Shown: positions 1 through 10,710 of the stretch, in pieces
Layout: each line of letters starts with the position of its first letter
Numbering within the stretch: position 1 is the stretch's first letter
Position numbers and translations under genes: made by a program
Virus record (IMG/VR): IMGVR_UViG_3300012954_000006
Strand: one strand, 5' to 3'
Origin: an uncultured virus (IMG/VR IMGVR_UViG_3300012954_000006)
Lineage: Duplodnaviria > Heunggongvirae > Uroviricota > Caudoviricetes
Length of the DNA: 64,000 bases
The notes under the pieces: model-generated
Databases searched by the model: none
Told to the model about the DNA's origin: nothing
The model's input: the letters and a program-made list of their open reading frames with translations, nothing else

Positions 1-2113
1 TCAAAACGGCTGACATTATCTTCACTCGTGCTGTGGTACTATGACAAAATCTCATTAAATCATTAGCATCATCAATTAAAAGATACCCTTGAATAGTGAT
101 GTTTACATTACCTAAATAAGCATTCTCACTAAACAACTGCTTTGAACTCCTAATACTGGGAAAGTATTTTTTTAGATAGCAGAACTCATAAATACTACCT
201 TTGCGTGTTTTGTTTTTTGCTGTTAAAAAGACAAAAGGTATTTCTTGAAACAAATCCTTAACAGTAGTTTTGAAACGCCTAAACACTAAATTATCTTCTT
301 CAATACAGTCTATTGTCTGCTCACTCAAAACGTCCTCAATATTAATTTCATCCTTGCCAAAAGTCACGACGATAGCCTCCTCCGCTTTGTATGTCTCAAA
401 GGTTCGGAATTTTCTTTTTGTATGAGCTTTTCTTTTCTGCTTTGGCTTACCTAGTTGTTTACTGACATTAATCTCGCCTAATACGATGTCCTTTTGTGCT
501 ATCTCTTTCTTTAACTCTGCCACATAAGACCTGTTATTGTTGCAATAATAATAAAAGGATTCCAATACTTGTAATTCTTTTTGTGCTACTTCATCAAAAT
601 GTCTTTTTCGTGATAGGTGGTCTTGATAGGTAAAAGGATAGTATCTTACACCACGCCCAATAAGCTGTACTTCTGAAACGGTACTAGCTGCGACTTTCTT
701 TGACTTAGATACGGTCTTTTTCTCATTGTTATACAACATCACAATATCGTACAGGTTCTGCACGTCCCACCCTTCTGTCAATCGCTTACAGGTAAACACC
801 GCAGTAATATGGTTGTGTGGCTGCTCTAAACTATTCAACATAGCATCTTGTTCAGCAGTAGTTTTTTCTTTGCCTACCTTAGTCTTTATATAGCGAAGCT
901 TTGAATGCGTCCGAATACAATTACTAGCATCAAACCTTGCCTGTGCAAATACTAACAAGTCTTGAAAGCCATCTTTGCTGCCAAGCAAATGATGTAATGC
1001 GTCGAAAAGTTTATTCTTACCTTTGACATATCTTTGCTTATTATATCCTAAGCTCTTCAAAAAAGCAAAGCTTTTTACATTTAGTTGGCTAATGGTTTCA
1101 ACAAACAAGTGATAGTCACTTTCTATGTTATCCGTTGGATGTGTTTTCATTTCGACATACTTGCTACGAAACAATATGATTGGTTTAAATTGATTAATGC
1201 CATGCTGCTCTGCTAGTCGCACTCGATACCAATTCATCAATAATGCTAGTAACATTCGTTCCCTTTTAGCTAAGTTGTTGCTCATTAGATGTACGGTTTT
1301 GGTATATCCATCTAACATAAACCGCTTCATGTCGTACTTGTAAAATACTTTGTCAGCATACTTCGCCACGACTTGCTTGTGCTTAGGGATAGTCGCTGTT
1401 AATTCTAGCAGCACGTTATTGTTTTGACTAGCACCGTTTTTGCGTAATAACATTTCGCATATTGTGTATTCCCAACTTTTATTGATACTGTCCCTGCTCG
1501 CATTGTTTTTTAGTAAATCTAGTGTACTGTTAGTCTTTTTAGTAATAGTATTAAAGTGATGAGCTTCATCTGCTAGTATCACTAAGTTCAAAGCCTGTAA
1601 TTCTTCTAGCGAGTTACTATTCTCTCTAGCAGCATGAATCTCGTTATGCAGTTTATGAATGGATGTTATCCGAATTTCCATGTCATCTGTATTGGTATCA
1701 AAATAATCTACATGACTAATATTTACCTGCTTACCATCTACATAGACATCCTTAAATAAGGCTTTGTCATAAGCATATTCAGATACCGCTAGATTGCCTT
1801 TCGTTTTTTCTAGTATGTTTTTTTGATTAGAGATAAACAGAAAGTGGCGATACCCTTGTTTGTAATAGTATAGCATCATACATGCCATCATTAAGGTTTT
1901 GCCTCCACCTGTGGCAATATTACAAAGCAAATGCGTTGGCGTATTGTATTGATGTATGTGTTGTTGATAGGCGAGAAAGTGGAGGAGGCAATCCTCTTGG
2001 TAATGGAATAGTGGATAACGAATGTTGCTAGTAATATAATTAGGGATTTGGATAGGGTCATTTTGGCTTAAATGGCATTGAATATCTTGTAATAATGTTT
2101 TTTGTTCAAACAT
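1..2113 (-). CDS. Type III restriction Res-subunit-like SF2 (DEAH) helicase, 3' end runs off window
   Basis: Manual translation from ATG at 2113 (MFEQKTLLQDIQ...): Walker A ATGGGKT, ILADEAHH, LTEGWDVQNLYDIV, EVQLIGRGVRYYPF; the segments checked, including the last codons before base 1, are in frame without a stop; not in ORF track because it has no stop in the window. Confidence 0.85.
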   Translation of the reverse strand, partial: MFEQKTLLQDIQCHLSQNDPIQIPNYITSNIRYPLFHYQEDCLLHFLAYQQHIHQYNTPTHLLCNIATGGGKTLMMACMMLYYYKQGYRHFLFISNQKNILEKTKGNLAVSEYAYDKALFKDVYVDGKQVNISHVDYFDTNTDDMEIRITSIHKLHNEIHAARENSNSLEELQALNLVILADEAHHFNTITKKTNSTLDLLKNNASRDSINKSWEYTICEMLLRKNGASQNNNVLLELTATIPKHKQVVAKYADKVFYKYDMKRFMLDGYTKTVHLMSNNLAKRERMLLALLMNWYRVRLAEQHGINQFKPIILFRSKYVEMKTHPTDNIESDYHLFVETISQLNVKSFAFLKSLGYNKQRYVKGKNKLFDALHHLLGSKDGFQDLLVFAQARFDASNCIRTHSKLRYIKTKVGKEKTTAEQDAMLNSLEQPHNHITAVFTCKRLTEGWDVQNLYDIVMLYNNEKKTVSKSKKVAASTVSEVQLIGRGVRYYPFTYQDHLSRKRHFDEVAQKELQVLESFYYYCNNNRSYVAELKKEIAQKDIVLGEINVSKQLGKPKQKRKAHTKRKFRTFETYKAEEAIVVTFGKDEINIEDVLSEQTIDCIEEDNLVFRRFKTTVKDLFQEIPFVFLTAKNKTRKGSIYEFCYLKKYFPSIRSSKQLFSENAYLGNVNITIQGYLLIDDANDLMRFCHSTTARVKIMSAVL

Positions 2114-2138
2114 AAATCATTGTCTTTAAATTAAAACT

Positions 2139-2756
2139 TCACAATATATTTTTTATTTGTGCTGATTTTGTGTGATAAGGAAATAAAATCTCGTGCAACA
2201 ATACTTCTTTTTTAGTACCATCACTCAATTGTATCATTATTTTTGGTTTTGTATATATCGCTTTTTTGACATCAGGAGTACCATTACCATCTACTATATT
2301 TATTATTCTTACTTTTTTACCTAACCAAGTGACCGTTACTTTATAGTGCCACGCCATTAATTCACTATGACAACTCAATGTATAGCTATGTCCTACATAT
2401 TGATTGATGTCTTGAAAAGTCAAATTGTCAGGCTCTGGTTCGATGTAGAATGTTTTGATATAGTTGTATGTTTCATTAAACGTATCTTTAGACATCCATT
2501 TAATACTTCTTGTTTCAGAACCATTAAACTCAATGGCTACTGGTTGATTATCTAATAAGTAAAGAACATTGCCTATATACAGGCCGTCCTGATAACGTAA
2601 GTCAATATGATAAGCTATTAGCCTATTTTGTAATTTTTCATCATCCCATGAGCCGCCTTGTAGCCAATCGAAATGATAAGCTAAATCAGATATGTCAAAA
2701 ATACTCTGATTGTCTTTTGATGTATCGATGTTTTGTATAATTTCTTTTACAGTCAT
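2139..2756 (-). CDS. hypothetical phage protein
   Basis: 205-aa ORF, ATG start, co-oriented and tightly packed. Confidence 0.7.
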   Translation of the reverse strand: MTVKEIIQNIDTSKDNQSIFDISDLAYHFDWLQGGSWDDEKLQNRLIAYHIDLRYQDGLYIGNVLYLLDNQPVAIEFNGSETRSIKWMSKDTFNETYNYIKTFYIEPEPDNLTFQDINQYVGHSYTLSCHSELMAWHYKVTVTWLGKKVRIINIVDGNGTPDVKKAIYTKPKIMIQLSDGTKKEVLLHEILFPYHTKSAQIKNIL

Positions 2757-2809
2757 ATTATTTTAATTATATGTTTATCAAATGTCTTTATGGAACTTAA
2801 ATGCAATCT

Positions 2810-3445
2810 CTAATATCCCGCTTCAGTTAAGTCTTGCAACTCTTTAAATGCCCATCTAGCAGACTCTAGTTGAGGCCAATATCCTTTTTCTTTTGGTTTT
2901 ATGTGTATGGTAATATCATCTTTGCTGATGTCATCATGAAAATAATATAAAAATTCACATTCATTTTTAACATCTTCATCCTTGCTAAAATGTGCCTCAA
3001 TATCATCTCTTATTTTGTAGTACCACTCATTTAAAGAAGTAATTTGTTTCGCATTAACTGGAGTTGTTGCACCGTAATGAAATGCCAAAATATATTCTTT
3101 TTCGGTTTCAAATATAGCTACTGTCTTGCAGCTATATTGTTCACACTCATATATACTATTGATTATTGAGCAATGCAGGTCAGCATATCGCAAAAGCATT
3201 GCCTTGTCTGCCTTTTCGTGTAGGTCTTTTGCTTTTTCGTGAAAAACCATCTCTTCTAGCAACTTTCGTTCAGTACTATTAATGAAAGGCTTGTCATACA
3301 CAGCAAATTCCTCACCTGTTAAATGGCCTATCGGTGCTGTCTCTAACAAGCTTTCCATGTTATCAATAGTAACGTCATAATCACACAATTGCCATTTCTT
3401 AAAATAAGAAGAATTTGCTAGTACTGTTCTAATACATGTTATCAT
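2810..3445 (-). CDS. hypothetical protein
   Basis: 211-aa ORF in minus-strand run. Confidence 0.7.
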   Translation of the reverse strand: MITCIRTVLANSSYFKKWQLCDYDVTIDNMESLLETAPIGHLTGEEFAVYDKPFINSTERKLLEEMVFHEKAKDLHEKADKAMLLRYADLHCSIINSIYECEQYSCKTVAIFETEKEYILAFHYGATTPVNAKQITSLNEWYYKIRDDIEAHFSKDEDVKNECEFLYYFHDDISKDDITIHIKPKEKGYWPQLESARWAFKELQDLTEAGY

Positions 3446-3457
3446 ATCATCAATACT

Positions 3458-3916
3458 TTATATTACAATTATATTTTTATTTAATACTAACAAAGATTCA
3501 CAATCCCAGAACAATAGAGTCGCTTTCTTAGATGGAAAGCTTGAGCAATCCAATAAGCCTTCTAAAGTGACTAATATGGCATCATAAAATTTAGATACCT
3601 CCTCATAATTAATAGCAGATGTAGGAAGCTCGCTAGATAATAATGGTAGTTTGTCTAAATCCGACTGATTATCAATTACAAAAAGTCTGGCATCTGGTGT
3701 TAGTGAAAATACAAATGATTTGCTAGGTAAAGTTTTAGCACTTCCTTCCGCCTTTACTTTTTTACAATAATCTATCCAGCCAAATATCGCATCTTTTGGC
3801 GATGCCCAAAGCCCTGTACCATATTTAGGCTTGTTTATGAAATGAGGATTATTTACTATATCTTTAAATAGGCTGTGTTCATATTTCTCACTCCCATAGT
3901 GTATATATTGTTGCAT
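3458..3916 (-). CDS. conserved phage hypothetical protein (NKP..GLWASP / WDCESLLVLN family)
   Basis: 152-aa ORF; motif pattern recalled from many phage hypotheticals; function not established. Confidence 0.6.
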   Translation of the reverse strand: MQQYIHYGSEKYEHSLFKDIVNNPHFINKPKYGTGLWASPKDAIFGWIDYCKKVKAEGSAKTLPSKSFVFSLTPDARLFVIDNQSDLDKLPLLSSELPTSAINYEEVSKFYDAILVTLEGLLDCSSFPSKKATLLFWDCESLLVLNKNIIVI

Positions 3917-3919
3917 TTT

Positions 3920-4612
3920 TTACATTTTGCGAAAAGAAGTAACTTTGTCAAAGCCTTTCGATAAAAGCTTTTCTTTGTCAGTTCTTTTGTCTTGAATATT
4001 CTCTTTATTTGCCTTTTGAGTAGATAACCAATTATAAATGTCACAATACAATTTATCAGCAGTATAAAAACTAGAAACTCCTAAGTTAGTCAATAGTGGG
4101 TTAATAAAATGATTATGACGAAATGATTCATGTAATACTTCCTTTTTAATGTCATTATCTGACAATGGCAGTATTGGAAAAGCCTCCATATCAAAGCTAT
4201 ATTCAAAAAAGACGATAGGAGCTTGCATCACTTTATTTACTCTTGTGGGAATATTATTGTAGTAAAACTCTCGTTTTTCTTTAGAGTTTTGCTGAATAAC
4301 TGCGATATTAGTGCCTCTTTCTTGCACTAGATGTTCTATATTCAAAACATTATTACCCCAATAGATTTTTAATGTGTCTTTGTCTAAGACACCGAAATAT
4401 AAGGTGCCGCATATTGCGATAGATAATGCATTGTAACGAGTTTGCCACCAGTCAGAGCGATGCCACTTATTGTTGTATGCAGTAGGAAATAAGTTTTTAT
4501 GGTCAGCAATACGCCACTTACATCCTCTTTTAAATACGATAGTTGTGTCTAGTCCGTACTTAGTCCATACGAGGTAATCAAAATATCCTTTGTGTTTACT
4601 TATAATTCTCAT
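3920..4612 (-). CDS. conserved phage hypothetical protein
   Basis: 230 aa; MRIISKHKGYFDYL N-terminus and GFDKVTSFRK C-terminus resemble a recurrent phage family. Confidence 0.6.
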   Translation of the reverse strand: MRIISKHKGYFDYLVWTKYGLDTTIVFKRGCKWRIADHKNLFPTAYNNKWHRSDWWQTRYNALSIAICGTLYFGVLDKDTLKIYWGNNVLNIEHLVQERGTNIAVIQQNSKEKREFYYNNIPTRVNKVMQAPIVFFEYSFDMEAFPILPLSDNDIKKEVLHESFRHNHFINPLLTNLGVSSFYTADKLYCDIYNWLSTQKANKENIQDKRTDKEKLLSKGFDKVTSFRKM

Positions 4613-4835
4613 AGTTATATTATTGGTATTTTTTGAAACTTTTAATTGTTTGTTTTAAGATATTATCATTAAGCAATGTAATATCTTTTTGATGATAAGA
4701 TTTAAAATAATATGTATAATAAGCAGGTGTAATGTATCATTTCCTTTGCCTCAAACCTTAATGAAACATCAAACACTACTAACACTTTCTAGTATTTTTT
4801 GTATTTCGCTTATCATGTTTTATTTTTAATACAAT

Positions 4836-5508
4836 TTATTTTTTAGAATGATTTCTATACAATAAATTTTCTCGAGGCGACAGTATTGTTAAGTTACCTT
4901 CACATATCCAACCGTCTTCCAAGTTACCGATTAAACTCTTACTACAATCAGTCCAATGTACTTTTGCACGTGGTTCTAGCCCTCCTTCATTAGTATTTAT
5001 ATATAATGCAATAACTTCCTAAGCTTTTAGTGTTGTTGTCTTCTACCCTGTCACCAATGACGCAAGCATTTTTGACATTTATATCACTTTGCATTCCAAC
5101 TATCTGCTTATCCACACATTTCGATGGCAGTTGTTTTGCCAACTTTTGTTCTAATTCTATCAATGATGAAAGCATCAATAGTTGTTTTTTTGTAAGATTT
5201 TGAAATAACTCTCTACTTTCTTCGTTATCAAATTGCTTACTATAATTCAAGTAAAAGTGATACAACCGTTCCTCTGTAATACCATTTGACGCTAATTGCA
5301 AAGTTATTAAATCATCATTTATATCTTTCGATTGTAAAAAAGCAACCATGCAATCATATTCCGAATCATTGCTGTCATTAAAAACCGATTCTTCATACTC
5401 CTCATATAAAGGCTTGTAAGTATCATACATTTCGTCATAGGGCATTGCATTAAATACATCACTATATTCTCTTAGTAACATGCAAAATAAAAATTCGCTA
5501 TAATCCAT
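4836..5508 (-). pseudogene. frameshifted hypothetical gene (ORF 4990..5508 plus +1-frame tail)
   Basis: Removing one A near 5016 continues ...KSLG-VIALYINTNEGGLEPRAKVHWTDCSKSLIGNLEDGWICEGNL... to TAA at 4836. Confidence 0.55.
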
Positions 5509-5528
5509 TGGTTCGTTTTTTTAGTAAG

Positions 5529-6287
5529 TTATTTTAATGTTATTTTTATATTGTTCTTATATTGCATAAATCGGAAGTAGTCTTCGTCAGCTACCCTACC
5601 TTTGATATTATAACTACAATCATCAATGTCAATAGGCACAAGCATATTTTTCAAAAAGCTTTCAAATGTCCTGATAGCATACCTCGTTTGAGCATTTCGA
5701 TACTTGCCATATTTTTTTTGAAGTTGCTTGTATTTCTGCCAATTAAAATTCAACACCTTTTCATTGATAGTGTCTATATATTCAAAAATATCATCATCAT
5801 ACTTATCCCAAAATTCATCCGATTCTGTATCTAACAAGATATTTTTTTGTTTCGCAAATTGTGATACTGCATTATCAAACATTTGCTGTTCGTCCTCTGA
5901 AAAATTATGATAATTCCAATAATGAATTAAAAGATGACGCTTGGCATAACGGTTTCTAAAATGAGCGAGTTCAATTACATCCAATACCATGTCATCATAT
6001 CGCTTTCTCGGTGCATATACATAAAACAGAACATTACATGAAGAAAGTCTAACATCAATATACAAATACTTTACTTTGAAACGCCATATAGCAGCATCTT
6101 TATCTGTATCACAACTGTAATGCTTTGTGCCATCGCCAAACCTTTTGCTTAAATAAAAGTAAGCTTGAAAGTAAATGGTGCTAGTATAGCGAGTATATCT
6201 TTTGTAGTTACTGTGTGCTTTTAAAATATTCAATACAGACTTTTCTAAAAGTCGTATGTTGCTTGCTGTTAAATTAAGCATTTGCAT
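5529..6287 (-). CDS. hypothetical protein
   Basis: 252-aa ORF. Confidence 0.7.
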   Translation of the reverse strand: MQMLNLTASNIRLLEKSVLNILKAHSNYKRYTRYTSTIYFQAYFYLSKRFGDGTKHYSCDTDKDAAIWRFKVKYLYIDVRLSSCNVLFYVYAPRKRYDDMVLDVIELAHFRNRYAKRHLLIHYWNYHNFSEDEQQMFDNAVSQFAKQKNILLDTESDEFWDKYDDDIFEYIDTINEKVLNFNWQKYKQLQKKYGKYRNAQTRYAIRTFESFLKNMLVPIDIDDCSYNIKGRVADEDYFRFMQYKNNIKITLK

Positions 6288-6327
6288 AGTTTAAAACATA
6301 TTTTGTTATTGAAAAACCATAATTAAA

Positions 6328-6819
6328 TTACTCGCATGAATTATCATGCTTATATCTTGCATCTCCATCTTTGTCTTCATATTTGTGTTCAAAACAAAAT
6401 TCATCAGAGCTATGTCCGCAAACATCACAATATTCATGTGAATATGTTATTGATGCTACATCAAAAGGATTTGTCGAACTAATATCATCTACTTTCAATA
6501 ATATTGGATTACTTAATTTTTGAATATTGATTGATTCTTTTTCAAGTTTTGCACAATCATCAATCCAATAAGATGCTCCCTTATATGTGTCAATATAGTG
6601 CGGAGATGGCAGTTTGTCTATTGCACTGCCTGAACCTGAATTGTATGCCATTATATTATCTATATCGCCATCACAAGCGAAAAAGTCCCAAAAATAAGGT
6701 CGCCAGTACGGTGTTTTTGCAGTTTCAATAAACGCAATAGTAACAACAATACGAGGTAATCTATCTTGATATTCAATGTAAATAACTTTATGTTTTTTCT
6801 TTTCGATTAATATTTCCAT
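6328..6819 (-). CDS. hypothetical protein with C-terminal Cys/His cluster
   Basis: 163 aa; YCDVCGH..FCFEH possible Zn site. Confidence 0.6.
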   Translation of the reverse strand: MEILIEKKKHKVIYIEYQDRLPRIVVTIAFIETAKTPYWRPYFWDFFACDGDIDNIMAYNSGSGSAIDKLPSPHYIDTYKGASYWIDDCAKLEKESINIQKLSNPILLKVDDISSTNPFDVASITYSHEYCDVCGHSSDEFCFEHKYEDKDGDARYKHDNSCE

Positions 6820-7005
6820 TGTTTTTTTATTTTCCTGTTAAGAATTTGAAATATTTTTATTATAAAATGTATTTAATTACTATTTGGCTTTTCAAAAAAC
6901 TCATCAATAAAGTCATAGAATTGCTTTTCGTTTATTAAATAAACTCCATCATTCTTAGCATCTTTATTTATCAAATATGCCAAATAGCGTAAGCAAGCAT
7001 TTCAA

Positions 7006-7057
7006 GACTTTCAGTCGCCAAAGTAACCTACCTACTTCTAGTAGGTAGTATTTAAGT
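7006..7057 (-). repeat. palindromic element family C, copy 1 (IS200/IS605-end-like)
   Basis: Minus strand ACTTAAATACTACCTACT-AGA-AGTAGGTAG-GTTACTTTGGC-GACTGAAAGTC; shares arm with 10033 and 47291. Confidence 0.7.
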
Positions 7058-7068
7058 TTAACGATACA

Positions 7069-7099
7069 CAAAGATACGTTTTTTTTTGATTTTTTCATA
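7069..7099 (-). promoter_or_regulatory. Bacteroidota-type promoter with phage upstream motif
   Basis: TATGAAAAAATCAAAAAAAAACG-TATCTTTG; TAnnTTTG box at 7069-7076. Confidence 0.75.
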
Positions 7100-7120
7100 T
7101 TTATTATTAAAAAAATAGCA

Positions 7121-7188
7121 AAAAGTCTTATTGTTGCGTAGCGTCAGTAGTAACTACAATTATAGTTGAAAGCGATGATTCGCAATAA
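7121..7188. repeat. conserved ~70-bp structured intergenic element family A, copy 1
   Basis: TTGCGTAGCGTCAGTAGTAACTACAATTATAGTTGAAAGCGATGATTCGCAA; near-identical at 10711, 33281, 58511. Confidence 0.9.
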
Positions 7189-7290
7189 CTCAATAAGGAT
7201 GGCTTTAAATAGCTAATGATACTAGTATGGTTATAACTCATACGGCATTTTACCTATAAAGAAATAACAAACAAGAGACACTTTAATAAA

Positions 7291-7770
7291 TCATTTAGAT
7301 ATGACATAATTAACAGTCAAGCCTGCATCGCCACGATAAGCACATTTTACGCTTCCGCCACTGGCTTCCGCCACCATTGAATTGATAAGGAATGGATTTT
7401 GATTAGGTTCAAAGTGATAGACAAACCTACTCACACCTTTTTCTGCCCACATCATAGCACAGTCTATGATGTCATTAACCAACTTTTGTTCTGCCAATTC
7501 TTTAGCCACCTTATTAACTTTCACAACTCTAACACTAGCCTTTTCAGTCTTTGGTATGGTGTACAAATCTTTTACAAAGATAAAGTGCGTAATATTTCTC
7601 AATATCACATCACTATCTGGTGCAAAACAAGCAACTTCATTTTCCGAATACTCTTCATAACCTAGTGTACCTATTAAGAATGCTTCATAAATAGGTAATT
7701 CACTCCGCAAGTCTGCTGCTAACACTAATTCTTTTGGCAAAACATCTGTATCTAGTTTTATCCACTTCAT
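7291..7770 (-). CDS. hypothetical protein (DUF551-like N-terminus)
   Basis: MKWIKLDTDVLP...ITHF pattern; 159 aa. Confidence 0.55.
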   Translation of the reverse strand: MKWIKLDTDVLPKELVLAADLRSELPIYEAFLIGTLGYEEYSENEVACFAPDSDVILRNITHFIFVKDLYTIPKTEKASVRVVKVNKVAKELAEQKLVNDIIDCAMMWAEKGVSRFVYHFEPNQNPFLINSMVAEASGGSVKCAYRGDAGLTVNYVISK

Positions 7771-7804
7771 TTTAAGTATATTTTATAAATTATTTTAATG
7801 TTTT

Positions 7805-9421
7805 TTAGATATTTCTTGTATCATACCCCACCCATTGTTTACCTTGAGCAGATTTAATATTAAACAACTGCCATACTTTGTCATCTTTGAAAGTGATATG
7901 TGCTGTTCCTTTCTTAAATATTTGAATGGCAAAAAAATCACTATATGCCGTGCTATCCCTCTTCAACAATCGCCCACTAGGTACATTTCCTATGCGTCTA
8001 AAAAGGCGAGTTAAAGCAACGTCAGTCTTATATATGGTATCGTAATCTTTGCCTGTAATTCGACACAATGCCTTGTCTATATCAGAAAAGAAAGCTCCGT
8101 CATTACTTCCCCAATCAAAAGTAAACTCATTAGTCCAGCCTATTTTTACGCAATAAGGTATAATGACTTTTTTGTTTACCTTGTAGCAGTCATTGGTTTT
8201 CCATCCCTCCCAATGGACTTTATTGTCGGCATGAAAGGCACACATTTTATCGAAAGCCTCCACGATAACCTTATCTAATATTGCATCAGCGTTCAACATT
8301 ATCATTTCCATAAAATGATAAATATTATGCTCATTAAACTGCATTTGAGCGGTGTTTCTTTCATGTTTTGCCATCATATCTCGCAATCCACTGCTTAACT
8401 TACTTTTAATATTACCATCCCTAAATAGCTTATCCCATGCTATACTGTTTAGTTTTGTGACAGCAGTATTATAAATATTTGTTTTACTGTCTGCATCGAT
8501 ACAAGTAGCGTCTAATGATTTTTGTAGTACCTTTAATGCTGTGTCGCCATAATCTCTTACAAAAGGCTGAAACATTACTTCTAGCTCTCCTACTTTTTCA
8601 ATAATATTATGTACTACTCTTTTACATTCTTTGTAATGAAATAGCCACGCTTGTATGTCTCCTTGTTTGACAGCTAACTGCTGTTGCATATTATCGTCAA
8701 AAGCAAGACTGTCTTTTTCTGCCTGAAAGTCGAACGCTTGCGTAAAGTCAAATGCTCCTTTCTCAATACTTTTTGTGAGCCTAACTATGACCACATCCAC
8801 ATTAGTCTTGCGTTCTGCATCCTGAAACGCTTTGCCAATATATTCTACACTTCCATGTTTCTCAATAATAGCCTTTAGCTGTTGGCGTTCTTTTGTGTAT
8901 GGGTTGTCAATCGTTTCTTTGTTGAGGAGGCAAGCAATGTCCCCACTCTTTAAAATGTGCCACGCTTTTAATAGATGATGCACGCCTGCATTAAAAGGTG
9001 GGTTCATTAGTATCAAGTCGAAAATCAAATCGCTACTAAGTGATAAGAAATCAAAGCCTATGATATTACAGTTATACATTGCCTTTCGTAATACATTTTG
9101 TCGCTCTGGGTCTATCTCGCAAGCGTAGTAATTTCTGTTGTGCAAACGCAATGTTTTACTTAAATATCGCAAGATATGCCCTTCTCCAGCCTGTGGGTCA
9201 AATATATTTTGGTATCTATCTTTCAAATGTACGCTAATAGAATATTGCCTATCATCAATCACGCCATCACAAAAATAATACCGATGGCTATCTAGGTGCG
9301 TCTCATTATATTTTTGTAGATACGCTTTAAGATGTTTATTATTTTCAAGATAAGGCATTACCATTTGAAAAGCGATGCGTGGACTCGTGGGATAAAACTG
9401 TTCTTTATCTGTTGTATTCAT
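7805..9421 (-). CDS. DUF4942-domain class I SAM-dependent DNA (N6-adenine) methyltransferase
   Basis: QFYPT, motif I FDPQAGEG, catalytic MNPPF, C-terminal GWKTNDCYKVNKKVIIP and FKKGTAHITFKD. Confidence 0.85.
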   Translation of the reverse strand: MNTTDKEQFYPTSPRIAFQMVMPYLENNKHLKAYLQKYNETHLDSHRYYFCDGVIDDRQYSISVHLKDRYQNIFDPQAGEGHILRYLSKTLRLHNRNYYACEIDPERQNVLRKAMYNCNIIGFDFLSLSSDLIFDLILMNPPFNAGVHHLLKAWHILKSGDIACLLNKETIDNPYTKERQQLKAIIEKHGSVEYIGKAFQDAERKTNVDVVIVRLTKSIEKGAFDFTQAFDFQAEKDSLAFDDNMQQQLAVKQGDIQAWLFHYKECKRVVHNIIEKVGELEVMFQPFVRDYGDTALKVLQKSLDATCIDADSKTNIYNTAVTKLNSIAWDKLFRDGNIKSKLSSGLRDMMAKHERNTAQMQFNEHNIYHFMEMIMLNADAILDKVIVEAFDKMCAFHADNKVHWEGWKTNDCYKVNKKVIIPYCVKIGWTNEFTFDWGSNDGAFFSDIDKALCRITGKDYDTIYKTDVALTRLFRRIGNVPSGRLLKRDSTAYSDFFAIQIFKKGTAHITFKDDKVWQLFNIKSAQGKQWVGYDTRNI

Positions 9422-9443
9422 TTTTATTACATTTTATGATAAA

Positions 9444-9451
9444 CAAAAATA
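9444..9451 (-). promoter_or_regulatory. TAnnTTTG promoter box upstream of methyltransferase
   Basis: TATTTTTG ~22 nt upstream of ATG 9421. Confidence 0.55.
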
Positions 9452-9519
9452 CGATTTATTAGCTTATTATTTTAATAAGGACTAATAAATCGTATGTAAT
9501 AATTACTTGAAACTAGCTG

Positions 9520-10005
9520 CTACAAAGGTGAGACCGTTAAGGTAATGTCATAATCATATTGCTGCCTATGTGAATGTTCCACATAAGCAAATTTAAGCAA
9601 TTTCATTAATCGTCCATTGACAGTAATGTGTTTAGACTGTTGGAATGGAACAGGTCTTGGCTTATTCTTTACTGCATTAAGACGACTAAAGGAACTGTTG
9701 TGTTCTTTTATAAAGGCTAATTTGGCTCGCTGTTTCTGCTTGCCTTTCATTTTAAATGTCTTTAATGCCTTCCAAAAAATAACGGTATGAATATCTTGAA
9801 AATACCTGCTCAATTGCTTTATCTCATTACAAGATAGTTTAAATATAAGCTTAGGAGTACGAATCTGTTTACCATCGACTTCATAGTTATCATAAATATA
9901 GGAATACTTAGTTATTGTCAGTACCTCATTATCATGCCATAAGGTAAGTGGCTTTATGTTGGTTTTGTGATGTTGGCTCATATATTCATCCATGTGTTCT
10001 GTCAT
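9520..10005 (-). CDS. hypothetical protein
   Basis: 161-aa ORF. Confidence 0.65.
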   Translation of the reverse strand: MTEHMDEYMSQHHKTNIKPLTLWHDNEVLTITKYSYIYDNYEVDGKQIRTPKLIFKLSCNEIKQLSRYFQDIHTVIFWKALKTFKMKGKQKQRAKLAFIKEHNSSFSRLNAVKNKPRPVPFQQSKHITVNGRLMKLLKFAYVEHSHRQQYDYDITLTVSPL

Positions 10006-10032
10006 TGTTACTATATTTTGTTTACTATAAAT

Positions 10033-10071
10033 ACTTAAATACTACCTACTGAAAGTAGGTAGTATTTAAGT
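10033..10071. repeat. palindromic element family C, copy 2
   Basis: Perfect 18-bp arms ACTTAAATACTACCTACT-GAA-AGTAGGTAGTATTTAAGT. Confidence 0.85.
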
Positions 10072-10180
10072 TCTCTGTTTTATATTATCAACTGCTTTCA
10101 TAAAAAGCTCTTTAAACTTTTCTTTTCCAATGCTTTCGGCTAAAACCAATTTCAGTTCATCCATCAATACACTATCTTTG

Positions 10181-10678
10181 TCATTGGCTTTTTTTTATCT
10201 GTTCCTCTTTTCTTTTTTGAGCAGTTAAATACATATTCAAGTGCTTTGCTCTTGATTCTTTTCGCCGTTGCTTTGCAGCCATCGCCTCGGCTTGCCGAGC
10301 TTTGTGGTGTATTTGCTTGATAGCTTTTGCTCTTTGTTGTTTCAAATCATTTACTTTTTCTTCAATATCCTTCAACTCCTCCTCAAGCTTCATTACATCT
10401 ACCTTTGTGTTATTTAGCCTCTTAATATTTACAGGCTTTTTGTTTTTCATATCGGTATAAGCAGCAATTAATGACTGCTTCAATAATATTAAATCGGCTT
10501 TTAATTGTATTCTCTTATCTTTCACATCACTCAACCTTTTATCAATGGCAGGTACTGATGTGTATTGCGTTAGCATCTCTGTAAAATGCTTGTTTACAAG
10601 ATTTGTTAATGCCTCTCTATTTAGGCGGTTGGATTCTAAAATGCTATCTACTAAATTCTCTATAACTTTGTTTTGCAT
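10181..10678 (-). CDS. basic coiled-coil hypothetical protein
   Basis: 165 aa, K/E/Q-rich heptad-like sequence. Confidence 0.65.
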   Translation of the reverse strand: MQNKVIENLVDSILESNRLNREALTNLVNKHFTEMLTQYTSVPAIDKRLSDVKDKRIQLKADLILLKQSLIAAYTDMKNKKPVNIKRLNNTKVDVMKLEEELKDIEEKVNDLKQQRAKAIKQIHHKARQAEAMAAKQRRKESRAKHLNMYLTAQKRKEEQIKKSQ

Positions 10679-10710
10679 AAATTTTTGTTTTTTTAAATAA
10701 TAAATATACT

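Noticed and set aside
7121..7188. Family A as hammerhead ribozyme or integron attC site
   Set aside because: GAAA follows the inner stem but there is no CUGANGA core on the same strand; ends do not fit RYYYAAC/GTTRRRY and no integrase is seen
7805..9421. Methyltransferase as cognate Mod of the Res helicase
   Set aside because: DUF4942-type architecture rather than type III Mod, separate promoter and ~5.7 kb away
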